DNA of 64,000 bases, taken from Candidatus Multivoradales bacterium (GTDB taxonomy: Bacteria > Acidobacteriota > Thermoanaerobaculia > Multivoradales > JAHEKO01). Positions 9,311-19,092 of the stretch are shown piece after piece. The notes under the pieces are model-generated. The model had not been told where the DNA came from. It saw nothing but the letters and a program-made list of their open reading frames with translations, and searched no databases. Where the stretch lies: assembly GCA_965248055.1 (NCBI GenBank), contig CBDFIJ010000004.1, positions 800,001-864,000 of the forward strand. The letters are read 5' to 3'. Each line of letters begins with the position of its first letter. Within the stretch, counting starts at the first letter, position 1. Position numbers and translations under genes: made by a program.

Positions 9311-10621
9311 CTATTTCTTTCTGTTCAGATGCGCTCGCACCCATTCCATAGCGTCCTCACGAGTCGCTAAATCACCTTGTCGACTGCGTTCTTGAATCTC
9401 CTTCATTAGCCGACCAAGCTCCGGTCCGGGTGGGATCCCCAGTTCGATCAGGTCGTTGCCGGTGATCAGCGGAGCCGGATCGGGTGGTTGCCTGCGCAAT
9501 TCTCCCAGCAAACGGACTGCATCTTTGACTTCCTTCAAGTTACCGCTGGCGGCAAGACGGTCGCAGATGTTCAGAACCAACAGCCGATCAGCATCAGCGG
9601 ATTGCACCAGAGTTCTTGCGGTCTCCGCACGCATTTCTGGAAACGACTGCAGCCGCATGTGGTGGGCGATCAACCAAACGACGCTGTCCACGATGCTGGT
9701 CTTGTACTTCAGTCTACGCAGGTCCTCGCGGGCGATATCGGCGCTCACCAATTCATGTCCGTAAAAGGTGATTTTGCCGTCGCGCACCGCCTTGGTTGAC
9801 GCTTTTCCGGTGTCGTGCAGCAAGATCGCCAGTAGGGTCTCAAGGTCTTGAACCCCCAACGCATCAGCATGGCTCATCGCCATCACTGTGTGGGTCCAAA
9901 CGTCCCCTTCTGGATGAAACTCGGCGCCTTGCTCGACTTCGCTCAAGCCCTCGAGCGAAGGAAGCACCGCGTCCAAGATCCCCAATCTCTTCATCAGGTC
10001 ACAACCATAGGACGCCCGGCCACTGATCAAGATCTTGGTGAGTTCGGCAGAAATGCGTTCGCCAGGTTCGTCCGCCAATTTGCTGGCGTTGGCCGCAATC
10101 GCCGAGGCGGTTGGCGAATCGAGGTGAAAGCCCAGCTGGCTGGCGAAACGGACGCCCCTGAGCATGCGAATATGATCTTCAGTAAATCTCTCGTGCGGAT
10201 CGCCGACGGTGCGAACGAGCTTTCTGCGCAGGTCCTCGCGGCCCCCTTGGGGGTCAAGAAGTTCACCACCCTCACTCTCATAGATCGCGTTGATGGTGAA
10301 GTCACGGCGTTTGGAGTCTTCCACTGCCGAATCCGCATACTCGATCTCGCTCGGATGACGGCCGTCTCGATACGCGGACTCAGTGCGAAAAGTCGCGACC
10401 TCAACCGGTGTGCCGAAGTCTTTGACCAAACACACGCCAAACGCCTTGCCGATGTCGATGACGTGGTCGAAAACCTCTCGGATCTGATCCGGAGTTGCCG
10501 AAGTGGCTATGTCAATCTCCCCAGGCTCGCGACCCAACAACGCATCGCGAACCGCACCGCCGACAAAATAGGTGTCGTACAAGCGGAGTCGATCACGGAT
10601 TTCGGTTGCTGCTTTCAACAT
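9311..10621 (-). CDS. cca: CCA tRNA nucleotidyltransferase with HD domain
   Basis: VGGAVRD..DIATS, EVATFR, RRDFTINA, EDHIRMLRGVRF, FHPEGDVWTHT and LLHDTGK motifs. Confidence 0.9.
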   Translation of the reverse strand: MLKAATEIRDRLRLYDTYFVGGAVRDALLGREPGEIDIATSATPDQIREVFDHVIDIGKAFGVCLVKDFGTPVEVATFRTESAYRDGRHPSEIEYADSAVEDSKRRDFTINAIYESEGGELLDPQGGREDLRRKLVRTVGDPHERFTEDHIRMLRGVRFASQLGFHLDSPTASAIAANASKLADEPGERISAELTKILISGRASYGCDLMKRLGILDAVLPSLEGLSEVEQGAEFHPEGDVWTHTVMAMSHADALGVQDLETLLAILLHDTGKASTKAVRDGKITFYGHELVSADIAREDLRRLKYKTSIVDSVVWLIAHHMRLQSFPEMRAETARTLVQSADADRLLVLNICDRLAASGNLKEVKDAVRLLGELRRQPPDPAPLITGNDLIELGIPPGPELGRLMKEIQERSRQGDLATREDAMEWVRAHLNRKK

Positions 10622-10706
10622 TACCGTTCTCTAGGAGTCTGCGTCTTCACCCTCCAATAGTGACACGCAACCAAGCGATTCACCCCGACAGCAGGTGCAA
10701 AGGTTA

Positions 10707-11852
10707 TTAGATCTTGATCACGAGGTTCCGTCTGTAGAGTAGCGCCATTGCCCCCCACCACAACCCCAGGTAGCACAGCGCATAGGCGAGGGAGGCATTG
10801 ACGGGTGACAGCCACCCAGCAAAAAAACTCTGGTAGAGCCACGATTGAGCATTGCCGCTCGCGAACTCGGTGCGCAGCAGGTTCGCCAACAAGCTGGAGA
10901 AAACATAAGCCGCCAGTGGATTGACACCAAAGACGATCGCTGGCTTCGCCCACCGAGGCAGACCACGAACGTCGATTAACCAATAGCAAACGGCCAGAAC
11001 TATCAGAGCCACTCCCGCAGTGAACAACACATAGGAACTGGTCCATAAGTTCTTGTTGATCGGAAAAACGGCTCCCCACGCCATACCCAGAACCGTCGCC
11101 ACCACCCCAGCACCCAACATCCCGGTTGCTATTTGCGACCGTTCTCGCCCGGAACGAATCCAGTCGCCAGTAAACACGCCCAGCAAGGTGGTTGCCACTG
11201 CTGGAAAGGTACTGACCAAGCCTTCTGGATCCCACGTGCCTCGGTGCATCGCTCCCAACACCAAGAAACGATCCAACCAAGAGGCAAAATTGCCCTCTGG
11301 CGTCAGGACACCAGGACCTACGTTGGGCACCGGAACCCACTTCATCAGCGCCCAATAGCCAAGAAGCAATCCGGCGGTGATCCATATTTGGGTTCGCTTG
11401 GTGGTCCTGAGCAAGATTAACGAGACCACCAGATAGACGATCGCGATCCGCTGCAAGACTCCGACGATTCGCAGATGGGCGAAATCGAACTTTGGAAACA
11501 GGGCCAGCAGCAACCCAAGAGCAAAGATCACTGCGGCGCGCCGTAGGATCTTGCGGTAGAGAGCTGTGTTCGTCGCTGCCGGTACTGCTGCCGTTCCTAC
11601 TCCTCTCGATTGAGGTGAGTCCCTATATCGAGCCAGTGAAAACGTCATCGCCACCCCAACGATGAACAAGAAGAATGGAAAAACCAGATCGGTTGGCGTC
11701 CATCCATGCCACGTCGCGTGCAGCAATGGCGCATACACATGATTCCAACTGCCGGGGTTGTTGACCAGAATCATCCCGGCAATGGTCAGCCCTCGAAAAG
11801 CGTCGAGAGAAGCCAAACGGTCGGTGGAGCTCGATTTCATAACTTGGTGCAA
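10707..11852 (-). CDS. Heparan-alpha-glucosaminide N-acetyltransferase-like membrane acyltransferase
   Basis: RLASLDAFRGLTIAGMILVNNPG, WHGWTPTDLVFPFFLF, GVLQRIA, DPEG and PINKNLWTSSY motifs. Confidence 0.9.
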   Translation of the reverse strand: MHQVMKSSSTDRLASLDAFRGLTIAGMILVNNPGSWNHVYAPLLHATWHGWTPTDLVFPFFLFIVGVAMTFSLARYRDSPQSRGVGTAAVPAATNTALYRKILRRAAVIFALGLLLALFPKFDFAHLRIVGVLQRIAIVYLVVSLILLRTTKRTQIWITAGLLLGYWALMKWVPVPNVGPGVLTPEGNFASWLDRFLVLGAMHRGTWDPEGLVSTFPAVATTLLGVFTGDWIRSGRERSQIATGMLGAGVVATVLGMAWGAVFPINKNLWTSSYVLFTAGVALIVLAVCYWLIDVRGLPRWAKPAIVFGVNPLAAYVFSSLLANLLRTEFASGNAQSWLYQSFFAGWLSPVNASLAYALCYLGLWWGAMALLYRRNLVIKI

Positions 11853-11984
11853 GCGATTCGTCTACGGTACGTGGCGCACGCTACAACACCAAGAGTTCGT
11901 AAATTGGTAGTGCCTTTACCCCCTCCTCCCCTTGCCCTAAAATCTCATCCCCGCGGAACCCTCCGCACCGGAGACCTCCCCCGG

Positions 11985-12060
11985 GCCGACGTAGCTCAGT
12001 TGGTAGAGCAATTGATTCGTAATCAATAGGTCAGCGGTTCAAATCCGCTCGTCGGCTCCA
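11985..12060 (+). tRNA. tRNA-Thr(CGT)
   Basis: 76-nt cloverleaf GCCGACG...CGTCGGC-TCCA; D-arm AGCTCAGTTGGTAGAGC; anticodon loop TTCGTAA; T-loop GGTTCAAATCC; CCA encoded. Confidence 0.97.
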
Positions 12061-12142
12061 ACCTTTTCTCTTCAACTCAAACTTGCAGCATCGTGTCCGA
12101 TAGCTGCAGATCTACTCTCAAGTTCATGGGCCACCATGTGGG

Positions 12143-12215
12143 TGGAGTTGACTCCCAATTTAGTGGACACCCAGTTTAGCTCTCATTAAGCGAGAGTGGT
12201 TTGTTTGCCAACCGC
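12143..12215 (-). mobile_element. Possible IS3-family right-end remnant
   Basis: Minus strand ends ...TAAACTGGGTGTCCACTAAATTGGGAGTCAACTCCA, resembling IS3 terminal repeats ending in CA; no transposase body. Confidence 0.4.
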
Positions 12216-12526
12216 TGCAGAATCAGCAAGTCGGGATTCATAGGCGACAGGACTGGAGCTGGAGGAGGCTTCACTTAGCGCCCGTCAGCTCCGCGCCGCT
12301 CGGCGTACACCTCACAGTGGCCGCACCGTAGCGGTCATTGCGAAATCGTCTAACGCCATGAAGTAGGCGCGTCAAACGGCCCAATTTGAACCTATCCAAG
12401 GGCCGCCAATTGTCTGGGATCTTGAAGCCACCGTCAGGTGGCCATGTGCGTTGCTGTAGTGTGCCCCTGGAACTATGGAGAAGTATTCGATCCCGTAGAT
12501 AGCACCATCAATCCGCGCCGAGGTCC

Positions 12527-14353
12527 TTATCGACCGGTCGGTTTGCGCCTGGTCGTCTTTGTGCTCCGAGTTTTCTTTTTGGCGGTGCTGGGCTTTCTCG
12601 TGGTGGATTTTCGCGCCGCAGATTTCGCCGTTTTGGTTGACCGGCTCTTCGCGCTGGTTTTGGAGCTAGCGCTAGTCTTCGACGTAGCCTTGGTCTTGGG
12701 CGCGGTTTTTTTCTTCGTCTTGGCCTGTGCTTTGGGCTTAGTCTTTGATTTGGCCTTGGTCTTAGATTTTGCGGAGGGGCTACTAGTTGTCGCCAACGCC
12801 GGTATTCTCTCCGATCCACCAAAGCCATCAACGATGAGATAGTCGAAGTAGTCCAGTTCGCAGTTCATCCGCCCGGCGAATTTCTGCCATTCCGCGCTCG
12901 AAACAGATTGGGGCTTCCGCGGTTCGTCTTCGTCGGTTTGAAAAATACGGCCCTGGGTTTTCTCTTCCAGCGCAGTTCGTATCGACGGCAAGGGGTGGCG
13001 CCAGGGAGGGGTGTTCTTAGTCATGGCCCATTCGTTAACCGCGGGTACCATGGCAGTGAATTCTGAAGCGTACTGGTCTTGCCCCATCCAAGACAGATTG
13101 GCGTAGTCATCGTCTGGGGTCCCATTTAAAGTCGCGTTGTGGCTGCCATGGTGACCGACCTTGTAGAGCACGGTACGCCCGAGTAGGTCTCGTGTCTTGT
13201 CTTGGTCACCGTCTTTCCACGGACAGTCGCTCCACGAGATCCAGTTACCACGCTGAGCGTCACCAACAAACAGCAGCACCTTGTTGGACTTCGGAAGTTC
13301 AAAGGCTAGGACCAAACTGGTGTTATTGATTCCTCTATTGAGCTTCAGTGCCAGGCTTTCGGCGGAGTAAAGCCACTCATCATCGATACGGCGCCAAGAC
13401 ACTCCGTCTGCCACCTCTTCGCTCTGCAACTCACCACTCTCCAACTCATCGGGATCAGCAACAGCACTCTCCGAACCGTAGTAGCGCGCGAAGAATTCAT
13501 CTTGCAGTCCCCCCCCAGGCGGGAGCTGAAATGGGCGACCAAACGGGGACCTTGGCAGAGTCTGATTCTCGGTCTCTTTGACTGCGGCCGAAAACGACAG
13601 GCCGTGGGAATCGGTATCGGAGAATCCTTCGTCTCCTACCGGGTCTTCGTCGGTTAAGAGGTCTTCACTTTTGGGCGGCCCTAAGACATAGGCCTTGATG
13701 CCTTCGGTCCCTCGTACTTTTTCAATTCTCCCCGGTTCCAAATACTCGACCCCTTGGTTCAGGGACGCCTTATCTTTGACCAGTTTGATCGCTTGCTTGT
13801 TGGTCGACTTGCTCGGTTCCGTGGCGGCGAGAATCATTTCAGCCTGATCGAAGCCATCACTCTCGCCCCCGAGTTCAAGATTCAGTAGGCTGTCGAGCCG
13901 ACCTATCTCCGGCGTGTCAGCGCCCACTACGTTAGCGAGTTGAAGACGGGCGTTGATCAGCCCGAGTAGCTGGTCGCGATGGCGGATGCGCAGCTCAATG
14001 GCGAGCTGGTCGGTCGGACTCTCAGTCCACGCCAGCCACGCCTGCTCGATGACAAAGTCTTTGAAATAAGGGTCGTTTTTCTTCCAGATGCCGTTTACAT
14101 GGTCTTGGTGTTCGTGGGTAATGACCATCAAATCCAATCGAAATCCAGTCGCTTCGCCGATGTGATTGACGATCTCTTGGATCTTGGTTCCGTGGACGAA
14201 GTTCTGCGAGCCGGGTTTGAGGCCACAATCAATCAAAACGTACACCGGTTTTCCACCGCCCTGGCGGGGAAAGGCGAGTAAGAAACAATCGCCGTGACCC
14301 TGTCGATACATGCGAACGGTCACTCCGTTCTCAACCGCTTCAAGCCTGGGCAT
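12527..14353 (-). CDS. Metallo-beta-lactamase-fold hydrolase (ComEC/Rec2-like) with C-terminal Lys/Ser/Thr-rich histone-H1-like tail
   Basis: YRQGHGDCFLL, LIDCG, THEHQDH (HxHxDH), NNTSLVL, GDAQ and YKVGHHGSHN motifs; last ~85 aa low-complexity basic. Confidence 0.85.
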   Translation of the reverse strand: MPRLEAVENGVTVRMYRQGHGDCFLLAFPRQGGGKPVYVLIDCGLKPGSQNFVHGTKIQEIVNHIGEATGFRLDLMVITHEHQDHVNGIWKKNDPYFKDFVIEQAWLAWTESPTDQLAIELRIRHRDQLLGLINARLQLANVVGADTPEIGRLDSLLNLELGGESDGFDQAEMILAATEPSKSTNKQAIKLVKDKASLNQGVEYLEPGRIEKVRGTEGIKAYVLGPPKSEDLLTDEDPVGDEGFSDTDSHGLSFSAAVKETENQTLPRSPFGRPFQLPPGGGLQDEFFARYYGSESAVADPDELESGELQSEEVADGVSWRRIDDEWLYSAESLALKLNRGINNTSLVLAFELPKSNKVLLFVGDAQRGNWISWSDCPWKDGDQDKTRDLLGRTVLYKVGHHGSHNATLNGTPDDDYANLSWMGQDQYASEFTAMVPAVNEWAMTKNTPPWRHPLPSIRTALEEKTQGRIFQTDEDEPRKPQSVSSAEWQKFAGRMNCELDYFDYLIVDGFGGSERIPALATTSSPSAKSKTKAKSKTKPKAQAKTKKKTAPKTKATSKTSASSKTSAKSRSTKTAKSAARKSTTRKPSTAKKKTRSTKTTRRKPTGR

Positions 14354-14355
14354 CG

Positions 14356-16440
14356 CTACACCTCCTCCAGGTCATGCAGCAAAGCAAACGGCTCGCTTCT
14401 CATACCGTGCCGCTGAACGCCAAAGCGATCAGCTACTCCAGCATCAAATGCGTTGGCCGTGGCATTCCCTTCGCCTAAGCGAAATCGCCGAACCCGTTCT
14501 AGCTGCTTGTCATCAGCGACATCACCGACCGTTCTCATCACTCGACGAACCTGTTGGCTGGAAGGGTCGATGAGAAGGGTACACCCCGCTCGATACTTAA
14601 AGTCAGGTTTGTCGTTTTCAAGTGGAATCTCACCACCATCAATGGCTCGTTGCTTCTTACGATCAAAATACCCCCGCCGCCGCTGGGTGATCTCAACCAC
14701 CAAGTGGGTTCTTGGACCCCCGTAAGCGGTACGGCGAATTGCCGGTCGTACCGAATGCACTTCAATCGTTGGCTCCAGGCCGCCGCCGTAGTCCTTCGAA
14801 TAGACGGTCGGGGGAACGCCGCCAGGGTGATCCGCACCTACCAAACCAAAAGCCTTCGAATATGCACGTCCATAACTGTCTCCGCCCTCGCGCAACCATC
14901 GCCATAGGGCTGCTGAGACCTTGTCCATCCGCTGCCAGACCTCGAACCGATTGCTTCCCCGTGTCCAGTCCAAGCCTTCCTGCGACAAAAATCCTTTCCT
15001 AAATGACGACTTGCCGCGCTGGAGATGCTTAGTGAGGTCTGCTTCGGTGGTTGTTCGTTGATGTTCAAGCGCCGCCATACGCTCGTCACCAGTAGGCCAA
15101 GCCAACGCGTCCTGCCCCATGCAAGTCACGCCTCGAGGATGTATCCCCCACTCGCGAAAACTTTCAATAAAAACCACTCGGTAGCCATGTTGATCTGCTG
15201 GGTCAGAGTCCAAATCTGCAGTCACGATCCCTCTCAAGAAATCACCGAAGGTGATATCGACCGGGGGGCAATAGTCGATCGCTCGAATACACATCTGTAA
15301 TACACGGTCGGCAGATTCGGCCCCCTCAATCGCGAGACGACGGATCAGATCTGGGTGGAGATCGCCTTCTGGGAGTACTCCGGTACCGTTGGTGGCAATG
15401 CGGAATAGATCAGCGGTACGAGCTCGATAGATCAGAAGAAAGGCGCTAAAAACTGCTGCAACCAGAACCGCCCCGCGAGCATGGGGGCCACGGGTTCTCT
15501 CAAGCTTGTGGGGGTCTGGGGTAGCAGGCTGCCAAACACCAGTTTGCTTGTCTTCAGCTCCCAACGCGTCGCGCAGCGCCGAGCCCCGACCGGTGGCGCG
15601 GCCAAACTGCTGCGCCAACTGGCTGAGGAGGTTTTCGCTGTCGAGATCTCCCTGAGTCCGGCGGATCTGACTCTCCAGTACGCTCGGATAGGAGAAATGC
15701 TGAAACAAAGCGACAATATCGGCAAACGCCTCATGGAAAGCATGTACGTCTGGATTGGTTGGCTCGTTAAAACGTGGATGGACACCATCGAGCAAAGCGT
15801 GGGTCACCTCGTGGGCAATGATGTCGTGCGAAAGACAGGTGAATACCAAAGTCCCTGGGGTGTTGTACTTATCCTTGGTGGCCACCGGGAAGTAGCCGAA
15901 TAGAAGTGCCTTCTTGCTCGGGCTGTAGTAGGCGTTGCGATCCCGCAATGCGTGGGGATAGATCCTAAGCCGCCTGACAAATTGAACGACATATCCTTGT
16001 TCCTTAGTCCAGGTCCAATGGTCTGCCCAAAACGCGACCCGGCCCAAAGCACGCTCAAACTGCTGGATGGTCCGCATCGCCACTGCGTACACCATCTGCT
16101 GATGAAACTGCGGATTGGACTCCGAAGGAGTCAGGCCGTCCTGGGCCAAGAGATGACCATCATTGAGGTCAACCGGGTGATAGAAAACTCCGCTAGCGGG
16201 ATCGTGATCAACCACCTCGAGGTACTCGCCCACCGGGCCAGGCTGAAGCCCTGGTTCCCACGGCATCTCGAGCGTAATCTGGTTGAATTCGCAAGTATCC
16301 AATCGGGTTGCAAGGCTCGGATCGAAAGAAAACGATCGCAAGCGCCTCGATACTGGGGGTACCACTGGAGGCTGCATGGTTTGTTTAGCCCCTGGTCTTT
16401 CAGTCGATAGCATCACTCTTGGACCTCCCTGACCAGCCAC
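14356..16440 (-). CDS. Gluzincin (peptidase M4-like) metalloprotease without a signal peptide
   Basis: NAYYS, SHDIIAHEVTHALLDG (HExxH) and downstream HEAFAD third-ligand motif. Confidence 0.85.
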   Translation of the reverse strand: MAGQGGPRVMLSTERPGAKQTMQPPVVPPVSRRLRSFSFDPSLATRLDTCEFNQITLEMPWEPGLQPGPVGEYLEVVDHDPASGVFYHPVDLNDGHLLAQDGLTPSESNPQFHQQMVYAVAMRTIQQFERALGRVAFWADHWTWTKEQGYVVQFVRRLRIYPHALRDRNAYYSPSKKALLFGYFPVATKDKYNTPGTLVFTCLSHDIIAHEVTHALLDGVHPRFNEPTNPDVHAFHEAFADIVALFQHFSYPSVLESQIRRTQGDLDSENLLSQLAQQFGRATGRGSALRDALGAEDKQTGVWQPATPDPHKLERTRGPHARGAVLVAAVFSAFLLIYRARTADLFRIATNGTGVLPEGDLHPDLIRRLAIEGAESADRVLQMCIRAIDYCPPVDITFGDFLRGIVTADLDSDPADQHGYRVVFIESFREWGIHPRGVTCMGQDALAWPTGDERMAALEHQRTTTEADLTKHLQRGKSSFRKGFLSQEGLDWTRGSNRFEVWQRMDKVSAALWRWLREGGDSYGRAYSKAFGLVGADHPGGVPPTVYSKDYGGGLEPTIEVHSVRPAIRRTAYGGPRTHLVVEITQRRRGYFDRKKQRAIDGGEIPLENDKPDFKYRAGCTLLIDPSSQQVRRVMRTVGDVADDKQLERVRRFRLGEGNATANAFDAGVADRFGVQRHGMRSEPFALLHDLEEV

Positions 16441-18234
16441 TCAACGTGCAGCGGCAATTGCATCCCTGACACTCTTCGGCAAATCAAAACCTTCTGGTAA
16501 GCCCTCTATTCCCTGAAGATATTGGTCGAAATCGCTCACCGAGGCTAAGTACCGAAGAAGGTTTTTCGGGCGGTAAGGAACGAACTTAGCGTCAGATTCA
16601 CCCCATTGAGGTGATTCCGCCGCAAGTCGCACTAAGACAGACGGATGTATCGCAAGCCCAGCCGGTTCGGATTCGGAGAGCTTGCGCACCCCCTTTCCGT
16701 TGCGCAAGGTCAGCGTTTGAATCACTCGCCAATGTAATTTGTCGGACTTGTAGAGCCGACCATACGGATTCGGGTCGTAATGTTTGAGATACTCCCAGTC
16801 AATTCCCAGTCCCTGACCTCGCGCTTCCGTCAACAACCATCTGAGCGCCGTATTGGCTAAACCATCATTAACATAGCCGCCACCGACATTGGTGTGGACT
16901 CCTGCAAACCATCTTTGCTTCAGGGTCTGGCGACCATTAGCGGACGAGCGTTTCTGCCAGATTCGCGGGCAAAAATCTGCCCTGCGTTCATCAATCGCCA
17001 AGGCCTGGCGGGCATTTCTTACCCCGGCAGGGACTTCGACTCCGACGTGCACCCGCTCACGACGTTTGCCAATCGACAACACCGTGTCCCATAGGCCTAA
17101 GAAGTCCACCGGAGCCGGATTTATGTCGCCCACAATTTCGAGAGCCTGTTGCTTCGCCTTGTCTGGAGATTTCCCTTCCTTCAAGCGGCGGGCTATGCGT
17201 TCATCCAATATATTTTTCCGCGCTTTTCCACCGCTTATCTTGCCGTTTAAGAATTCATCGAAGTAGCGAGGAATCCAATAGGAATCCTCGGCAGGCAGCA
17301 CTCCACCCATCCAATCAATGAATCGCGCCAAACCTCTTGCCGAACTTGCCCCGCGGCTGAATTCAAACAAATAAATCTCGTCGCCGGGCCGGAAATTGAG
17401 AGACAGAAAGGTATACGCATCCTCAACGTTGCCCTCAAACCCTGCGCCCGCGGCACCGCCAAATAACTTGTCAATCGTCCGGTGAACTCGGTTTGAAAAT
17501 CCGGGGAACTTACGCAATGCGCCGACCCCGATGTCGTAGTAAGCAATTTGAGGTATTCCACGACTCGGATCAAGACCGCGTTGTCGGTAAACGCCTGCGA
17601 TCTGCTGCTTGTCAACCCAGAATCCCGACTCCAGAACATCTGCGACAACCGGCAAGCGGCCTATTCCCTGAGGGGTGACGAAAATTTCCATAGCCCGCTG
17701 ATCGCCGCCAACTGCTCGCGCTCGTACCGTGGGATGCGGGGTCGTACTCGCGGCATAGTGGTTCTTACTCGGACCTTCGGTGTTGATCGCCTGACGAAGG
17801 TTCTTGAGCGTCCGCACCATCTCTTCACCCGGGTCGTCTGAGGGATTTGGTGAGGCGATTTGAACATGCCCATCAACATCCGTGAGCTGCTCTTGAAAAG
17901 TGAAGACCTTGCCGTCAATAGTCACCGTCTCCCCAACTTGCGGTTGCCCGGTAAGAACAAGGGTGGCCGTGGTGTCATCCAGCTCCTTGACCGCTCGACA
18001 GGCTTTCAGCACATTACTTGGTTTGAGCACCAAGTCGCCGTCATCCCGCTCCTTCTGCTTGGCCGGATTGCTCCAAGTTCCATCCATACAAATAACGATG
18101 TGCTTAGGACTCGTCGGTGCTACGTCTGGGTCGGGCTGGGCGGACACTGGATTGGATTCGGTCATCATAATCAGGCCTCCGATGAGCAAGCAAAATAGCG
18201 CTCGATGGGTTTCTGCATATGTTCTCAAGCTCAC
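16441..18234 (-). CDS. DUF2235 (Tle1-like alpha/beta hydrolase/phospholipase) with a ~138-aa inserted domain
   Basis: ICMDGTW, SNV, YYDIGVG, FEFSRGA, LGLWDTV, QALAIDERR and WFAGVHTNVGGGY motifs; putative signal peptide. Confidence 0.85.
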   Translation of the reverse strand: MSLRTYAETHRALFCLLIGGLIMMTESNPVSAQPDPDVAPTSPKHIVICMDGTWSNPAKQKERDDGDLVLKPSNVLKACRAVKELDDTTATLVLTGQPQVGETVTIDGKVFTFQEQLTDVDGHVQIASPNPSDDPGEEMVRTLKNLRQAINTEGPSKNHYAASTTPHPTVRARAVGGDQRAMEIFVTPQGIGRLPVVADVLESGFWVDKQQIAGVYRQRGLDPSRGIPQIAYYDIGVGALRKFPGFSNRVHRTIDKLFGGAAGAGFEGNVEDAYTFLSLNFRPGDEIYLFEFSRGASSARGLARFIDWMGGVLPAEDSYWIPRYFDEFLNGKISGGKARKNILDERIARRLKEGKSPDKAKQQALEIVGDINPAPVDFLGLWDTVLSIGKRRERVHVGVEVPAGVRNARQALAIDERRADFCPRIWQKRSSANGRQTLKQRWFAGVHTNVGGGYVNDGLANTALRWLLTEARGQGLGIDWEYLKHYDPNPYGRLYKSDKLHWRVIQTLTLRNGKGVRKLSESEPAGLAIHPSVLVRLAAESPQWGESDAKFVPYRPKNLLRYLASVSDFDQYLQGIEGLPEGFDLPKSVRDAIAAAR

Positions 18235-18240
18235 TTCGGC

Positions 18241-19022
18241 CTACACCCCCGCGGCCTTCACCGCCTCGATAAAGAGCCTAGCCACCTTCTTCGCCCCACT
18301 CGCGCCTGGGTGAATCTCGTCTTTCCAGTCACGGGGTTCCAAAGTATTTCTGGTTTCAACACGAACCAATCTACCAACGCCGCGGGGCTCAGCAGCCACC
18401 ACATCGATCGCATCGACCAAGCATCGATCAAGAAGCGAATTACCTCTTGTTGTATCGCTTGGGGAATACTGCGTTGTTTGAAATATGGGGCCATCCAAGG
18501 GCCCGCAACCTTGACCCCAAGCAATTTGACCGGCTTGTTGGAAGGAATCGCGTAATCATACGAATTGGCGAAGACCTTCGCTTGCTGGCCGGCGTCAGAC
18601 ATCATGTCCAACAATTCCCGGTAGCAATCTTGAATCTGGCGCACGCGGCGCTCGTAGCGCGAAAACGCGACCACATCTTGGGGGCTCATTCCCCATTGGA
18701 AAGGTCTCAGCAGCGGTAACAGATCTGGACCAACGATGTCGTTGCCTCCTGCAGAGAAGAGCAAAGCATCCAATTTCCAACGCAATAACCGCTTGCGCAG
18801 CTTGCTTCGTTGCCCGCCGGACATGATCGTCATGATCTCGTCTCCAGCCTTTTCAAGACGTAGCAGCGACCATGCCCGCTGGGAACCTCCAACTTGATCC
18901 AACTTCCCGATTACATTGGCATAGGAGAACCAGGAATCACCTTCGCTATGAACCACCGGCCAACTTGGATGATCCTTCCGGCAGCGCTCAAAATCGCCAA
19001 TGTAGTGTCTCTTGTACGCCAC
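18241..19022 (-). pseudogene. SGNH/GDSL hydrolase with a single frameshift near 18420 (real, or a sequencing error)
   Basis: EGDSWFSY, SAGGNDI and SYDYAIP in frame 19022; catalytic WKDEIHP in the frame ending at 18241. Confidence 0.8.
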
Positions 19023-19092
19023 TCTGTACTCCTTTCAAAAAACCATCCCTTTATTGTCTTGCTCAGTCCGCCGCGATAAGACTCGGTAACGG

